Shown here piece after piece: positions 1-10,519 of a DNA stretch of 60,476 bases (position 1 is its first letter; the number at the start of each line of letters is the position of its first letter). The DNA is from Tenericutes bacterium ADurb.Bin239 (GTDB taxonomy: Bacteria; Bacillota_I; Bacilli_A; RFN20; CAG-826). The position numbers and the translations under genes are program-made. Below the pieces are notes generated by a model. The model saw nothing but the letters and a program-made list of their open reading frames with translations, did no database searches and was not told the DNA's origin. Where the stretch lies: assembly GCA_002069815.1 (NCBI GenBank), contig MWCB01000004.1, positions 1-60,476 of the forward strand, written 5' to 3'.

Positions 1-211
1 CTAAAAAAACCATTTTTTGCAAAAAATGATTCTTTCAGTTTTTTATCTTGTCAATTTAACCTTTTCTTCTATTATACAATAATTTTATATAATAAAGTAA
101 TTACTTCTGTGCTAAAATCATATAGAGTAATTAAACTTTTTGATGGAGTTATCCACGGTCTCCACAGCCCTTATTATTATCATTACTATATGAAAGGAAT
201 TAAATAGTAGT
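1..211. other. Tail of the intergenic region upstream of dnaN; candidate oriC segment
   Basis: Non-coding and very AT-rich (for example ttctattatacaataattttatataataaagtaatta). It sits directly upstream of dnaN in the canonical dnaN-yaaA-recF-gyrB-gyrA origin context and contains DnaA-box-like 9-mers at 149-166. Confidence 0.45.
149..166 (+). promoter_or_regulatory. Two adjacent DnaA-box-like 9-mers
   Basis: TTATCCACG (149-157) has 1 mismatch to the consensus TTATCCACA. GTCTCCACA (158-166) has 2 mismatches. Confidence 0.4.
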
Positions 212-1345
212 ATGAAATTTAAGATCAATCGCGAACAATTTCTTAAAGGCTTAAACATAGCCTCGCGCCCCACTCTCGCTAAGTCTCCTATTCCTATATT
301 AGGAAACCTCTTATTATCGTTAGATGAAACCGGATTAACACTCCTTGGATCGAGTAACGAGTTAGCGATCCGCACCCACATTCCAATGCGAGTTAATGAC
401 CTTGAAGTTATTCGAATGTTCTTACCTGGCGAAACATTGATTTCGAGTAAAACACTCAATGAATCAATTAGAAAAATGGAAGGCAACGAAATTGATGTTG
501 AAATTATCGATCGTACCATCGCCCAAATTAGTGATGGACGCACTGAATACCGACTCGGCGCGATTGATTCTAAAGACTACCCTGATATTGATTTAAGTCA
601 AGATGGCACTACTTTTGAAATTGGTGCAAAAGACTTTGTTAAGCTTGTTGATCAAACTTCTTTTGCTGCGAGCGTAAGAGAACAACGTCCAATCTTAACG
701 GCCTTAAACTTGAACGCGGTTAATGGTACTTTAACAGCGGTCGCCACGGACAGCGCTCGCCTCGCTAATAAAGTTGTTACCCTAAAAGACAACGTTTCTT
801 TTGTCGCTAATGTTCCCGCTAGGATTATGAACGACGTTGCCAAACTATTGGAATCAATGGTCGGTATTGAAACGATTGAAGTTAGTGCGTCCGCGAACAA
901 AATTAATTTTATGTTTGATGACACGCTCGTTGTTTCTCGTTTAGTAGCGGGCGAATATCCGCCAACGAGAAGCATTATCCCAAAGACACACGCTAGTTTC
1001 TTAGAAGCTAACGCTAATGAACTCTTAAAAGCAATGGATCGCGTTTCAATTTTATATGCCGCGGAAAAAGACAACATTGTTAAACTTTCACTAAGTCCCG
1101 AAAGTGTAGTTGTCTCCGCTCGTTCAACTTTCAGTGCCGAAAGTGCTCGGGAAGAAGTTGCGCTTTGCAAGTATGTCGGTGAACCACTTGAGATTTCATT
1201 TAATTACACCTTAGTTTCAAGCGCAATCAAAGCTACACAAGCCGAAGAAGTGACGATTGGATTCAACGGCGGACACAAGCCGTTTAGCATCAGAGTTGCC
1301 ACAGATGACTCCCTTGTGTTAATTGTTACACCAGTTCGCACGTAA
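212..1345 (+). CDS. dnaN: DNA polymerase III beta sliding clamp
   Basis: 377-aa ORF of clamp length. It is the first gene of the conserved Firmicutes origin gene order, and the N-terminus MKFKINREQFLKGLN is typical of DnaN. Confidence 0.9.
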   Translation: MKFKINREQFLKGLNIASRPTLAKSPIPILGNLLLSLDETGLTLLGSSNELAIRTHIPMRVNDLEVIRMFLPGETLISSKTLNESIRKMEGNEIDVEIIDRTIAQISDGRTEYRLGAIDSKDYPDIDLSQDGTTFEIGAKDFVKLVDQTSFAASVREQRPILTALNLNAVNGTLTAVATDSARLANKVVTLKDNVSFVANVPARIMNDVAKLLESMVGIETIEVSASANKINFMFDDTLVVSRLVAGEYPPTRSIIPKTHASFLEANANELLKAMDRVSILYAAEKDNIVKLSLSPESVVVSARSTFSAESAREEVALCKYVGEPLEISFNYTLVSSAIKATQAEEVTIGFNGGHKPFSIRVATDDSLVLIVTPVRT

Positions 1346-1444
1346 CTAAATTAGAGCCATTTAGGGCGAAAAATAACCATTTAATGAGTAAAACCATGCA
1401 AAATAGATAAAAGTTGCTCTAAATGCATAAAAATGAGTAAATTT

Positions 1445-1475
1445 AAGGGAATATTTATATTCCCTTTTCTTTTTT
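1445..1475 (+). terminator. Rho-independent terminator after dnaN
   Basis: aagggaatat / atattccctt form a perfect 10-bp inverted repeat followed by a T-run (cccttttctttttt). Confidence 0.6.
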
Positions 1476-1476
1476 A

Positions 1477-1485
1477 TGGTATAAT
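1477..1485 (+). promoter_or_regulatory. Extended -10 element (TGgTATAAT) for the yaaA-recF-gyrBA unit
   Basis: tggtataat lies about 30 nt upstream of the GTG start at 1515. The RBS aaggag is at 1500-1505. Confidence 0.4.
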
Positions 1486-1514
1486 ACCATCATAGCGACA
1501 AGGAGACGAAAGTA

Positions 1515-1718
1515 GTGAGTGACAAACCTTATCTTACTTTGCAGCAAGTTTTAAAGAAATATAACCTAGTCCACACTGGTGGTCACGCAAAGTTTATAAT
1601 CCAAAACGGTGAAGTAAAAGTCGATGGTGTTGTCGAAACTAGACGCGGTCGAAAACTTTACGGTGGTGAGACAATATCTTACTTAAACCAAGAAGTAGTG
1701 GTGAAAGATGTTAATTAG
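1515..1718 (+). CDS. yaaA: S4-domain RNA-binding protein (YaaA/RlbA-like)
   Basis: 67-aa ORF with a GTG start and RBS. It occupies the conserved position between dnaN and recF, and the VDGVVETRRGRKL stretch is S4-like. Confidence 0.75.
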   Translation: MSDKPYLTLQQVLKKYNLVHTGGHAKFIIQNGEVKVDGVVETRRGRKLYGGETISYLNQEVVVKDVN

Positions 1719-2775
1719 TAATCTTGAATTATTAAACTATCGTAACTACACAAAGCTTAACGTTATCTTCACTAGCGGCTTAAACGTCATTGTTGGTGAT
1801 AACGGGACAGGTAAAACAAATGTTGTGGAAGCGATTCATCTCTTTGCTTTTGCCAAAAGTTTTCGTACCAACGAAACAAAAGCACTTATTAAACACGAAA
1901 CACCAAAAGCTATTGTTAGTGCGACCGTTCATACCCCAAGTAGAACCGACATTAGCATTGAACTAAATCCGCGCAGTAAAAAGGTACTTGTAAATGGGAA
2001 GACGTTGTCAAAAATATCACAACTAAGTCGATATGTAAGAACGACAACCTTCGAACCCGAAGATGTTCTCTTCTTTGACGCAAGTCCAGCGAAAAGAAGA
2101 CGATTCATTGATTCAAATCTAAGCAGTCAGGATGAAATCTACCTTGCCACACTCGTTCGCTATGAAAAACTGCTTAAAGAACGAAACGCATTACTAAAGG
2201 ACGACGATAACGATGAAGCACTTGATCTAATTGATAAGCCTTTTATTGAAACCGCAGCGATCCTTGTTGAAAAACGCCTGAAGTTTGTCAGGGAGTTAAA
2301 CAAATACGTCAATGAAGTGCTCCTAAAACTAAGTGATGAAGCGTTTAATGTAAAACTAGTGTACGAATGTTCATTTGGTAGCGCCGCTAATATTGAAAAA
2401 AGTGGATTACGACTTTTAAAAGAAAACAGAGCACGCGAACGAGTTCTAGAAAGCACTTCTTTTGGTCCACATCGCGATGACTTGCTAGCTAAAATCAACG
2501 GACACGGAGTTAAAGAACACGCATCACAAGGGCAAAAACGATTAATTATGATTGCGCTTGCCTTAGCGCCTTACTTCCTAGAAAAAGACTTACACAAAAA
2601 ACCGATTATTATTCTTGATGATGTCTTAAGTGAGTTAGACGCTTATCACCAAGAACGATTAATAGAGTTATTACTCACCTGCAATCAAGCATTTATTACC
2701 GCAACATCTTATGAAAATCACGCTCATGCCATTTATGAGGTTACACCAGCGAGAGAACTAAGGAGGATTACCTGA
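1708..2775 (+). CDS. recF: DNA replication and repair protein RecF
   Basis: Walker A GDNGTGKTN, signature SQGQKR and Walker B IIILDDVLSELD. It overlaps the yaaA stop, and its TGA stop overlaps the gyrB ATG. Confidence 0.93.
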   Translation: MLISNLELLNYRNYTKLNVIFTSGLNVIVGDNGTGKTNVVEAIHLFAFAKSFRTNETKALIKHETPKAIVSATVHTPSRTDISIELNPRSKKVLVNGKTLSKISQLSRYVRTTTFEPEDVLFFDASPAKRRRFIDSNLSSQDEIYLATLVRYEKLLKERNALLKDDDNDEALDLIDKPFIETAAILVEKRLKFVRELNKYVNEVLLKLSDEAFNVKLVYECSFGSAANIEKSGLRLLKENRARERVLESTSFGPHRDDLLAKINGHGVKEHASQGQKRLIMIALALAPYFLEKDLHKKPIIILDDVLSELDAYHQERLIELLLTCNQAFITATSYENHAHAIYEVTPARELRRIT

Positions 2776-4775
2776 TGAGTGAAGAAAAGAAACCAAAAGT
2801 TGTAGACATCGAACTAGAACAAGCTAAACAAGAAATGAAAGCACGCGAAAGCTATACGGCGGAAGACATTCAAGTATTAGAGGGTCTTGTCGCTGTCCGG
2901 CAACGGCCAGGAATGTATATTGGAACTACTGGTATTCCTGGTCTTCACCACTTAGTGTGGGAAATCGTCGACAACGCTGTTGATGAAGCACTTGCTGGCT
3001 TTTGTGACACAATTGAAGTAACAATAAATAATGATGGATCAATAACGGTTAATGATAATGGCCGCGGAATGCCAGTTGGAATTGTTTCACAAACCGGAAA
3101 AACGGCCGTAGAAACGATCTTTACTGTGTTACACGCTGGTGGTAAATTCGGTAAAGGCGCTTATCAAGTTGCTGGCGGACTCCACGGTGTTGGAGCCGCA
3201 GTTGTTAATGCCCTTAGTGAAAGAGTTGAAGTTAATGTTTTTAAGGATGGTCGCGAATATTACTTAGCGTTTAATAATGGTGGCCACACGGAAGGCGAGT
3301 TAAAAGATGTTGGTCCCACTAAGCGACGTGGAACAAGAGTAACTTTTAAGCCTGATCCAATTATCTTCGTGGAGTCAGTGGAATTTGATTATAAAATAAT
3401 TAGCACTAGACTTCGCCAGATGGCATATTTAAACCGCGGCATTAAAATCATTGTTGAAGACAAACGCGGCGAAGAAGTAAAACGCGAAGAATTTTATTAT
3501 GAAGGCGGAATCGCGGAATACGTTCGTCATATTAATAAAAACCGCACACCAATTACGGAAGACGTTATCTTTATTGAAGGGAAAGGTGATGTTGAGGTTG
3601 CTGGTAACAAGAGTCACATTTTAGTGGAAGTGGCAATTCAATACACCACTGAATATAAAGAAACAATATTCTCGTTTGCTAATAACATTCAAACGGGAGA
3701 CGGGGGGACGCATGAGCAAGGTTTCCGTCTTGCGGTTGGTCGTATTTTTAATAACTACGCGAAAGATGCAAAAGTTCATAAAACCGAAGAAGACAAATTT
3801 ACTTATGAAGACGTTGTTGAAGGAATGACCGCAATTATCTCAATTAAGCATCCAAACCCACAGTTTGAAGGACAAACCAAAGGAAAACTAGGGAACACCG
3901 ACGTCCGTGCGGTCGTCAGTCAAGTTTTAGGCGAAAAACTTGAAGAATACTTATTAGAAAATCCTGATCAAGCGAAACTTATCTTAGATAAAATTAGTCT
4001 CTCATCAAAAGCAAGAAGAGCGGCTGCTCTAGCCCGCGAAGGAATTCGTCGCAAGGATGGAATTGAATTTACCACACTACCCGGCAAACTTGCCGATTGC
4101 AGCAGTCGCAACCCCGAAGAAAGTGAACTCTTCATTGTTGAAGGTAATAGTGCGGGCGGTAGCGCAAAAAACGGTCGAAACCGTCATACGCAAGCAATCC
4201 TACCTTTACGCGGAAAAATCTTAAATGTACAAAAAGCCCAAGAGCGACGAATCTATGAAAACGCCGAAATTGGAAACATGATTCAAGCAATCGGCGCGGG
4301 AATTGCCGAAGAATTTGATATAACCAAGGCTCGTTATCATAAAATTATTATCATGACAGACGCGGACGTAGATGGTAGTCATATTCGTGTTTTACTTTTG
4401 ACTTTCTTTAATCGGTTTATGCGTCCACTTATTCAAAACGGGTACGTATATATTGCGCAACCACCCCTTTATAAAGTTGATTATCGTGGCAAGCAATATT
4501 ATTGTTACAACGACGATCAATTAGAGCAACTAAAGGTTGATTTAGATCTTCGTCCAGGCTATCCTTTCCAACGCTATAAAGGGTTAGGGGAAATGGACGC
4601 CCAACAGCTTTGGGAAACAACCATGGATCCCAAAAACCGCAAATTATTACAAGTGCACATTGAAGATGCTATTGAGGCTGATCAAGTGTTTGAAGATTTA
4701 ATGGGAGAAAAGGTCGAACCTCGCAAAGACTTCATTAATGAAAATGCTCTCTTTGTGAAGAACCTCGACGTATAA
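2775..4775 (+). CDS. gyrB: DNA gyrase subunit B
   Basis: Motifs [25 protein letters not shown] (Toprim), PLRGKILNV and [12 protein letters not shown]. Confidence 0.98.
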   Translation: MSEEKKPKVVDIELEQAKQEMKARESYTAEDIQVLEGLVAVRQRPGMYIGTTGIPGLHHLVWEIVDNAVDEALAGFCDTIEVTINNDGSITVNDNGRGMPVGIVSQTGKTAVETIFTVLHAGGKFGKGAYQVAGGLHGVGAAVVNALSERVEVNVFKDGREYYLAFNNGGHTEGELKDVGPTKRRGTRVTFKPDPIIFVESVEFDYKIISTRLRQMAYLNRGIKIIVEDKRGEEVKREEFYYEGGIAEYVRHINKNRTPITEDVIFIEGKGDVEVAGNKSHILVEVAIQYTTEYKETIFSFANNIQTGDGGTHEQGFRLAVGRIFNNYAKDAKVHKTEEDKFTYEDVVEGMTAIISIKHPNPQFEGQTKGKLGNTDVRAVVSQVLGEKLEEYLLENPDQAKLILDKISLSSKARRAAALAREGIRRKDGIEFTTLPGKLADCSSRNPEESELFIVEGNSAGGSAKNGRNRHTQAILPLRGKILNVQKAQERRIYENAEIGNMIQAIGAGIAEEFDITKARYHKIIIMTDADVDGSHIRVLLLTFFNRFMRPLIQNGYVYIAQPPLYKVDYRGKQYYCYNDDQLEQLKVDLDLRPGYPFQRYKGLGEMDAQQLWETTMDPKNRKLLQVHIEDAIEADQVFEDLMGEKVEPRKDFINENALFVKNLDV

Positions 4776-4785
4776 GGAGAACATT

Positions 4786-7317
4786 ATGGCAGAAGATACA
4801 AACAAAAAAGATATGCTTGAAGAAGAAAAGCACGAATTAGAAGGCATTGACAGTGGAACACATCCTGTTGATGTTGTTGATGAAGTTCGCAAATCATTTT
4901 TAGACTATGCAATGTCAGTTATTGTAAGTCGGGCAATTCCTGATGTTCGCGACGGATTTAAACCTGTTCACCGCCGGATTGTTTATGGTATGCACGAAGC
5001 AGGAATGACTCCCGATAAACCTTATAAAAAGTGTGCGCGGATTGTTGGGGATGTTATGGGTAAGTATCACCCCCACGGCGACCAAGCGATTTATTCAACA
5101 TTAGTGAGAATGGCACAACCGTTTAGCTTACGCTATCCATTAGTGGACGGACACGGTAACTTTGGTAGCGTTGATGGGGACGAAGCAGCCGCAATGCGTT
5201 ATACCGAAGCAAGAATGGAAAAACTTGCTACTGAAATGGTGCGTGATATTAATTTAAATACGGTTGACTTCGGTGGTAACTATGACGGTAGTGAAAAAGA
5301 ACCAGACGTATTACCGTCTCGTTTCCCAAACCTAATTGTTAATGGAAGCGACGGCATTGCCGTCGGGATGGCCACCTATATGGTTCCGCATAACTTAACG
5401 GAAACAATTAATGCGATTAATCTCGTGGCTAAAAATCCAGACGTTACTCCGCGCGAAATTATGGAAAAAGCGATGCATGGCCCCGATTTTCCAACAGGCG
5501 CTAGTATTTTAGGACGAAAAGGCATCTTAGATTATTTTGAAACAGGCGAAGGCAGCATCATTGTTCGCACTAAAACTCATTTTGAAACTAAAGGTGATCG
5601 TACTTGGATTGTAATTGATGAATTACCGTACAAATTAAATAAAGCGACAACCATTGAACAAATTGCAATTTTAGTTCGTAACAAAGAAATTGATGGTATT
5701 GTTGATATTCGTGATGAATCAAATAAAGAAGGAATAAGAGTAGTTATAGAATTGCGTCGTGACGTTGTTCCGGAAGTAGTGCTAAACAACTTACTCAAAC
5801 AAACACGGTTACAGACATCTTTTAAAATCACAAACTTATGTTTAGTTAACAAGGTTCCACGCATTTTAAATATGAAAGAATTACTTGTGGAATACTTAAA
5901 CTTCCAAGTTGAAATTATTCGACGTCGAACTGAGCATCAACTCGCACAAGCCGAAGCCCGTGATCATGTTGTGGAAGGCTTATTGAAAGCGATTGATAAC
6001 ATTGACGAAATTGTAACAATTATTAAAAATAGTGATTCGGGTGAAGACGCAAGTCAAAAACTTATAGAACGGTTTAACTTTAGCGAAATTCAAACCCGCG
6101 AAGTTCTTGGCATGACTTTACGGCGTTTAACGGGCTTAGAAAAAGATAAATTGCATAATGAACGCGAAATGTTGCTTGCAAACATTGAAAACTATCGCTT
6201 TATCTTATCCGCTCGCGAACATATGGTGGATGTTGTTCTTGAAGAACTAGAAGAAATTAAAGCTAAATATGGTGACAAACGCATGACCGAAATTAGTGAC
6301 GATGTTGCGGACATTGACAATGAAGACCTAATTCCAGTGGAAGATGTTGTTGTTATGCTTACGAACCAGGGCTATATTAAACGCGTTGATCCTGAAGAAT
6401 TTAGAATGATTAAACGTGGAGGTGTTGGGGTTAAAGGGATGCGCACGAAAGAAGAAGAAATCGTTGATATTATTCTTCACACAAGCACACACACCGATAT
6501 TTTATTTTTCACAAGCAAAGGAAAAGTATATCGTAAGCGAGGATACCAAATCCCCCAATATCGTCGTGAAGGAAAAGGGTTACCGGTCATTAATCTTTTA
6601 AATATTGAAAAAGAAGAAGCAGTTCGCGCTATTGTATCAACTGATATATATGATGAAGATCACTATCTTTTATATGTAACACGCAACGGTGTTACTAAAC
6701 GAACAACTTTAGCTGAATTTGCGCGCATTAATGTCAGTGGTAAAATTGCGATTGATCTTCGAGAAGATGATGAATTAATGGATGTAAAAATCACTGATGG
6801 TACAGCCATAATCGGTATCGGTTCAAGTAATGGTAAAATGGCCAGCTTCTATGAAACTGACGTTCGTGCTATGGGACGAACCGCTGCGGGGGTCCGCGGC
6901 ATTAGACTTGATGAAGGCGCTTATGTTGTCGGTGTTACTACTAGTTTAGAAGGGAACCTGATCTTTGCTTTAACTACTAAAGGTTATGGCAAACTTACAC
7001 TAGCCGATGAATATCGGTTGACAAAACGCGGATCTAAAGGTGTTATTACGATTAAAGAAAGCGAACGTACTGGTACCCTTGCGGGCATTCGTGCTATTAA
7101 AGGCGATGAAGACTTATTTGTTACTACTGAAAGTGGGATGGTGATTCGCACTAACTTTAAAGAAATTAGTATGACAAGTCGCAATACGATGGGAGTACGT
7201 GTGATTCGCTTACGTCCAGACGATGTTGTCTCTTCTTTTGCTGTTGTTGAAAAAGGCATTGCTTACGAGGAAGAAGAACACGAGAATGAAGAAAGGGTCG
7301 AACACCACGAAGAATAA
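4786..7317 (+). CDS. gyrA: DNA gyrase subunit A
   Basis: Motifs [10 protein letters not shown] and [11 protein letters not shown] (catalytic Tyr region), followed by C-terminal beta-pinwheel repeats. It ends in an acidic tail [16 protein letters not shown]. Confidence 0.98.
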   Translation: MAEDTNKKDMLEEEKHELEGIDSGTHPVDVVDEVRKSFLDYAMSVIVSRAIPDVRDGFKPVHRRIVYGMHEAGMTPDKPYKKCARIVGDVMGKYHPHGDQAIYSTLVRMAQPFSLRYPLVDGHGNFGSVDGDEAAAMRYTEARMEKLATEMVRDINLNTVDFGGNYDGSEKEPDVLPSRFPNLIVNGSDGIAVGMATYMVPHNLTETINAINLVAKNPDVTPREIMEKAMHGPDFPTGASILGRKGILDYFETGEGSIIVRTKTHFETKGDRTWIVIDELPYKLNKATTIEQIAILVRNKEIDGIVDIRDESNKEGIRVVIELRRDVVPEVVLNNLLKQTRLQTSFKITNLCLVNKVPRILNMKELLVEYLNFQVEIIRRRTEHQLAQAEARDHVVEGLLKAIDNIDEIVTIIKNSDSGEDASQKLIERFNFSEIQTREVLGMTLRRLTGLEKDKLHNEREMLLANIENYRFILSAREHMVDVVLEELEEIKAKYGDKRMTEISDDVADIDNEDLIPVEDVVVMLTNQGYIKRVDPEEFRMIKRGGVGVKGMRTKEEEIVDIILHTSTHTDILFFTSKGKVYRKRGYQIPQYRREGKGLPVINLLNIEKEEAVRAIVSTDIYDEDHYLLYVTRNGVTKRTTLAEFARINVSGKIAIDLREDDELMDVKITDGTAIIGIGSSNGKMASFYETDVRAMGRTAAGVRGIRLDEGAYVVGVTTSLEGNLIFALTTKGYGKLTLADEYRLTKRGSKGVITIKESERTGTLAGIRAIKGDEDLFVTTESGMVIRTNFKEISMTSRNTMGVRVIRLRPDDVVSSFAVVEKGIAYEEEEHENEERVEHHEE

Positions 7318-7319
7318 TT

Positions 7320-8321
7320 ATGAAAATATTAATTTGCTTTCCGCGTAAAAAAATTGATGTCTTCTTTGAAGGGGCAATGCTTGAGTATCAAATAAATAAA
7401 GCATGCCAAAAAGATGATGTAACGGTTGTTACTAAGTTTAGTCCTGATATTGATATCGCTAATTTTATCAATTTAAACAGCAAGTCCTCAAAGATAATAA
7501 GACAATCAGTCGTGGAGAGTATACCCACGATCTTATGGATGTTCTTTGCCAACAACGATAATTACGCACGCATTATTGAAACAAGAAAAGATGGAGAACT
7601 TTACATTCCTCTTTCGCGTCTTGAATTGATAAATATGATGGACGGAGTAGTTGTCCCTGCGCAAGAGGCGCGGGTCATATTACGAAAATTAGGAGTTAAA
7701 ATTCCAATCTTTGTCCTCTACGGCGCCGTTGATACAAGGCGAATGGATGAACTTACATCCAGCAAAACCGATGTATTTCGTCGTTATTTCCGCCTAAGTG
7801 ATGATCAAAAATATGCGGTGACAGTTACAAATATTAAAGCTAGCGAAAACATTGAACAGCTTAATGATTTAGCGGCAGCAGTACCTGATTATAATTTCTA
7901 TGCTTTTGTGAGCGGGGGAACGTCTTTTCTTGATAAAGTTCGCTTAAAGGCAATGGATAAATTAACATCGCCAAATCTAATCGTTACCAAACTTGTTCCT
8001 GAAGACGTATACCGCACTGGATTAATTGGTGCAAGTTACTTTATTGATTTAGGATATGACAAGATGAACGTAATGACGTTATATGAAGCAATTTATTTAA
8101 AAATCCCGCTTATTCTGCGGAAAAATGTCATCTTTAAAGAAATAATTGATAACACGAAAGCATATATTGTTAACGATTATAATGGTGCGGCTTATTTAAT
8201 TAGAACCGGGGCCGATACAGACAAAAATACCGAAAAAGCCTTTGAATACACAAAAATAAATAACGCTGCGACCTTTACGGACGCGATTTATAACTTATTT
8301 TATAAGATATATACTCGCTAA
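7320..8321 (+). CDS. Hypothetical protein, weakly GT-B (GT4-like) glycosyltransferase fold
   Basis: 333-aa ORF starting 2 nt after the gyrA stop. The only recognisable element is a GT4-like C-terminal stretch, TLYEAIYLKIPLILRKN. The assignment is weak. Confidence 0.35.
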   Translation: MKILICFPRKKIDVFFEGAMLEYQINKACQKDDVTVVTKFSPDIDIANFINLNSKSSKIIRQSVVESIPTILWMFFANNDNYARIIETRKDGELYIPLSRLELINMMDGVVVPAQEARVILRKLGVKIPIFVLYGAVDTRRMDELTSSKTDVFRRYFRLSDDQKYAVTVTNIKASENIEQLNDLAAAVPDYNFYAFVSGGTSFLDKVRLKAMDKLTSPNLIVTKLVPEDVYRTGLIGASYFIDLGYDKMNVMTLYEAIYLKIPLILRKNVIFKEIIDNTKAYIVNDYNGAAYLIRTGADTDKNTEKAFEYTKINNAATFTDAIYNLFYKIYTR

Positions 8322-8354
8322 ATTGAAATTAAAGGTTTACCTTTGATAAAATAA

Positions 8355-8567
8355 AAGTGTTCGATGAAAAGACTAGTAGTAATTCGCGGTTGACCAGTGA
8401 CTCGCTGATAGTGTGAAGGCGAGCAACTAAAGATTATGAATTCCACCTTGGAGAACAAAGCTTAATCGCTTCGTTTGTCGCGTTAAGACAATAATGAGAA
8501 ATACAGTTATGTATAAACTTAGGTGGCACCACGTTAATGACGTCCTAAATTAGGGCGTTTTATTTTT
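8355..8567 (+). promoter_or_regulatory. T-box leader (tRNA-sensing riboswitch) controlling serS
   Basis: Stem I-like gatgaaaag...agta, and the T-box motif aacttaggtggcaccacg (8515-8533). A terminator follows, gacgtcctaa/ttagggcgt plus ttttattttt. A possible Ser specifier AGC lies at 8422-8424 and is followed by A. Confidence 0.8.
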
Positions 8568-8587
8568 AGAGAAAGGAGACCACGGCA

Positions 8588-9865
8588 ATGTTAGACATTA
8601 ATTTAATTAGAAATGAAGGAGCAAAAGTAAAAGCGCTACTTGCGAAAAAAGGATGGGACTTTAATCCTAACATTATTTTGTCACTTGACGAAAAAAGACG
8701 TAAACTCCGTGTTGAAGTTGAAGAAACAAAAGCTAAACTCAATAAATTAAGCGCAAGTGTACCTGTTGTTAAAAAGGCGGGCGGTGATATTCAGGCTGTT
8801 TTTGCTGAGGTAAAAGCACTAAAAGCCGAAAACGAGGCCAAAGAAAACGAATTAAAGAAACTTGATGAAGAAGTCTTTAATTTACTAATTGAACTTCCTA
8901 ATTTACCTGACGAAGATCTCGTTGCGGGCGGCAAAGAAAATAATAAAGTTGTTTATACGTTTGGGCAAAAACCAACTTTTGATTTTCCGATTAAAGATCA
9001 TGTCGAACTTTGTGAAACTCTAGGGCTTGTTGATTATAAAAGGGCGGCAAAGATTTCTGGAAGCGGAACATGGATATATACAAAAGCAGGCGCTTTACTT
9101 GAATGGGCTCTTTTAAACTTCTTCGTTCAAGAACACTTAAGAGCGGGATATGATATGATTTTACCTCCGCACCTATTAAATTATGAAAGCGGCTATACTG
9201 CAGGTCAATTTCCTAAATTTAAAGAAGATGTCTTTTGGTTAGAAGGAACAGAACCCCATAAGTTTTTACTTCCAACTTCAGAAACAGCGCTTGTTAATTT
9301 CCATCGTGATGAAATTTTAAAAGAAGAAGATTTACCCAAAAAATATTTTTCGTACACTCCTTGTTATCGCAGTGAAGCTGGGAGTTATCGTACTGAAGAG
9401 CGCGGTATGATTCGCGGTTATCAATTTAATAAAGTTGAGATATTCCAATACACAAGAGCTGAAGATTCACCCAAAGCCTTTGAAAGTATGGTAAAACACG
9501 CTTCAGGGTTAGTGGAAAAACTCGGATTACATTTTCAGGTAAGCAAACTTGCGGCAGGTGATTGTTCTCATTCAATGGCAAGAACTTATGATATTGAAGT
9601 ATATATCCCATCAATGGGCCTGTATAAAGAAGTAAGCAGCGTGAGTAACGCGCGTGATTACCAAGCTCGACGCGGGATGGCGCGCTACCGTGATAAAGAA
9701 ACAAACGCTATTAAATATTTACACACATTAAATGGATCAGGACTTGCTACATCGCGCTTAATTCCAGCTATCGTTGAGCAATTCCAACAGAAAGATGGCA
9801 GTGTTGTTGTTCCTAAAGTTCTCCAACCCTTCGTTGGATTAAGTGTTTTACATCCTGACGCGTAG
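8588..9865 (+). CDS. serS: Seryl-tRNA synthetase
   Basis: 425 aa with an N-terminal coiled-coil arm and class II motifs (YRSEAGS, GSGLATSR). It is preceded by a T-box leader. Confidence 0.95.
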   Translation: MLDINLIRNEGAKVKALLAKKGWDFNPNIILSLDEKRRKLRVEVEETKAKLNKLSASVPVVKKAGGDIQAVFAEVKALKAENEAKENELKKLDEEVFNLLIELPNLPDEDLVAGGKENNKVVYTFGQKPTFDFPIKDHVELCETLGLVDYKRAAKISGSGTWIYTKAGALLEWALLNFFVQEHLRAGYDMILPPHLLNYESGYTAGQFPKFKEDVFWLEGTEPHKFLLPTSETALVNFHRDEILKEEDLPKKYFSYTPCYRSEAGSYRTEERGMIRGYQFNKVEIFQYTRAEDSPKAFESMVKHASGLVEKLGLHFQVSKLAAGDCSHSMARTYDIEVYIPSMGLYKEVSSVSNARDYQARRGMARYRDKETNAIKYLHTLNGSGLATSRLIPAIVEQFQQKDGSVVVPKVLQPFVGLSVLHPDA

Positions 9866-9879
9866 TTGTTATAATGAAG

Positions 9880-9964
9880 GTGCCATCGCGATGGTTATTC
9901 TTCGAACCAGGTCAGGACGGGAACGTAGCAGCCTTAAGATTACTTAATCATGTGCGGTGGTTTT
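9880..9964 (+). ncRNA. ffs: Small (4.5S-type) signal recognition particle RNA
   Basis: The domain IV core accaggtcaggacgggaacgtagcagcc closely matches E. coli 4.5S ACCAGGUCAGGUCCGGAAGGAAGCAGCC. The 5' ccatcgcg and 3' tgtgcggtgg ends can pair. An extended -10 (tgtTATAAT) lies at 9867-9875 and a T-run at 9961-9964. The ends are approximate. Confidence 0.75.
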
Positions 9965-9971
9965 AATTTAG

Positions 9972-10430
9972 ATGAACAAAACTGATGAAAAATATATGAG
10001 AGTAGCGCTTAAAGAAGCGCACAAAGCAGCGGCCCTCAACGAAGTACCGGTGGGCGCTGTTATTGTATGCAATGATAAAGTTATTGCTAGAGGTTTTAAT
10101 AAGCGCGAAATTAATAATGACCCGTTGGGTCACGCTGAACTAATTGCTATTCGTAAAGCTAGTAAAAAACGGAATAATTGGCGATTAGTGGATTGTGATC
10201 TTTATGTAACGGTAGAACCTTGCGCTATGTGTGCGGGCGCTATTATGTGGAGTCGCTTTAAACGTGTAGTGTATGGCGCTAATGATCCTAAAGGTGGGGC
10301 AATGGGTGAAATCTTTAATTTATTTGATGAAAAAATAGTAAATCATATCCCCGAAATTAAAAGCGGAGTCCTCGCCAGTGAATGTAAAGACTTAATTCAA
10401 TCATTTTTCCGTAATAAAAGACAATTATAG
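9972..10430 (+). CDS. tadA: tRNA-specific adenosine deaminase
   Basis: CDA zinc motifs GHAELIAI and VTVEPCAMCAGAI; 152 aa. Confidence 0.9.
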   Translation: MNKTDEKYMRVALKEAHKAAALNEVPVGAVIVCNDKVIARGFNKREINNDPLGHAELIAIRKASKKRNNWRLVDCDLYVTVEPCAMCAGAIMWSRFKRVVYGANDPKGGAMGEIFNLFDEKIVNHIPEIKSGVLASECKDLIQSFFRNKRQL

Positions 10431-10519
10431 AGCGAATATAAAAAGATAATACTTTTATCTTGAAAAGATAAATAAAAAGTTAGACAATGTATAAAGCAAA
10501 GCCTCAAGGAGGATGCTTT

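Noticed and set aside
118-1170. Antisense ORFs 118-543 and 652-1170 on the minus strand opposite dnaN
   Set aside because: They lie entirely within or antisense to a well-supported conserved gene. They have low-complexity Ser/Leu-rich translations, no RBS and no recognisable motifs. The same reasoning applies to the other shadow ORFs in the track, for example 2160-2498, 5577-5864, 6984-7259, 12490-12915, 13887-14303, 14865-15170, 23897-24295, 40680-41108, 52062-52337 and 52099-52488.
1383-1442. Direct repeat aatgagtaaa (1383-1392 and 1433-1442) and small hairpin ctaaat/atttag after dnaN
   Set aside because: These are short AT-rich repeats in an intergenic region with no match to DnaA-box or known operator consensus. 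They are too weak to call.
10487-10519. Longer N-terminal extensions offered by the ORF track (also at 16466, 16989, 20020, 21372, 27766, 38489, 40525 and 59484)
   Set aside because: In each case an internal ATG is preceded by a good Shine-Dalgarno sequence at correct spacing, and the extension would contain that RBS. The shorter form also gives the expected N-terminus, such as a signal peptide with lipobox or a conserved family start.
10431-10519. Hairpin aagataa/ttatctt and repeated aaaagataa after tadA
   Set aside because: The stem is only 7 bp and AT-only, with no T-run. It could be a weak terminator or simply AT-rich spacer.
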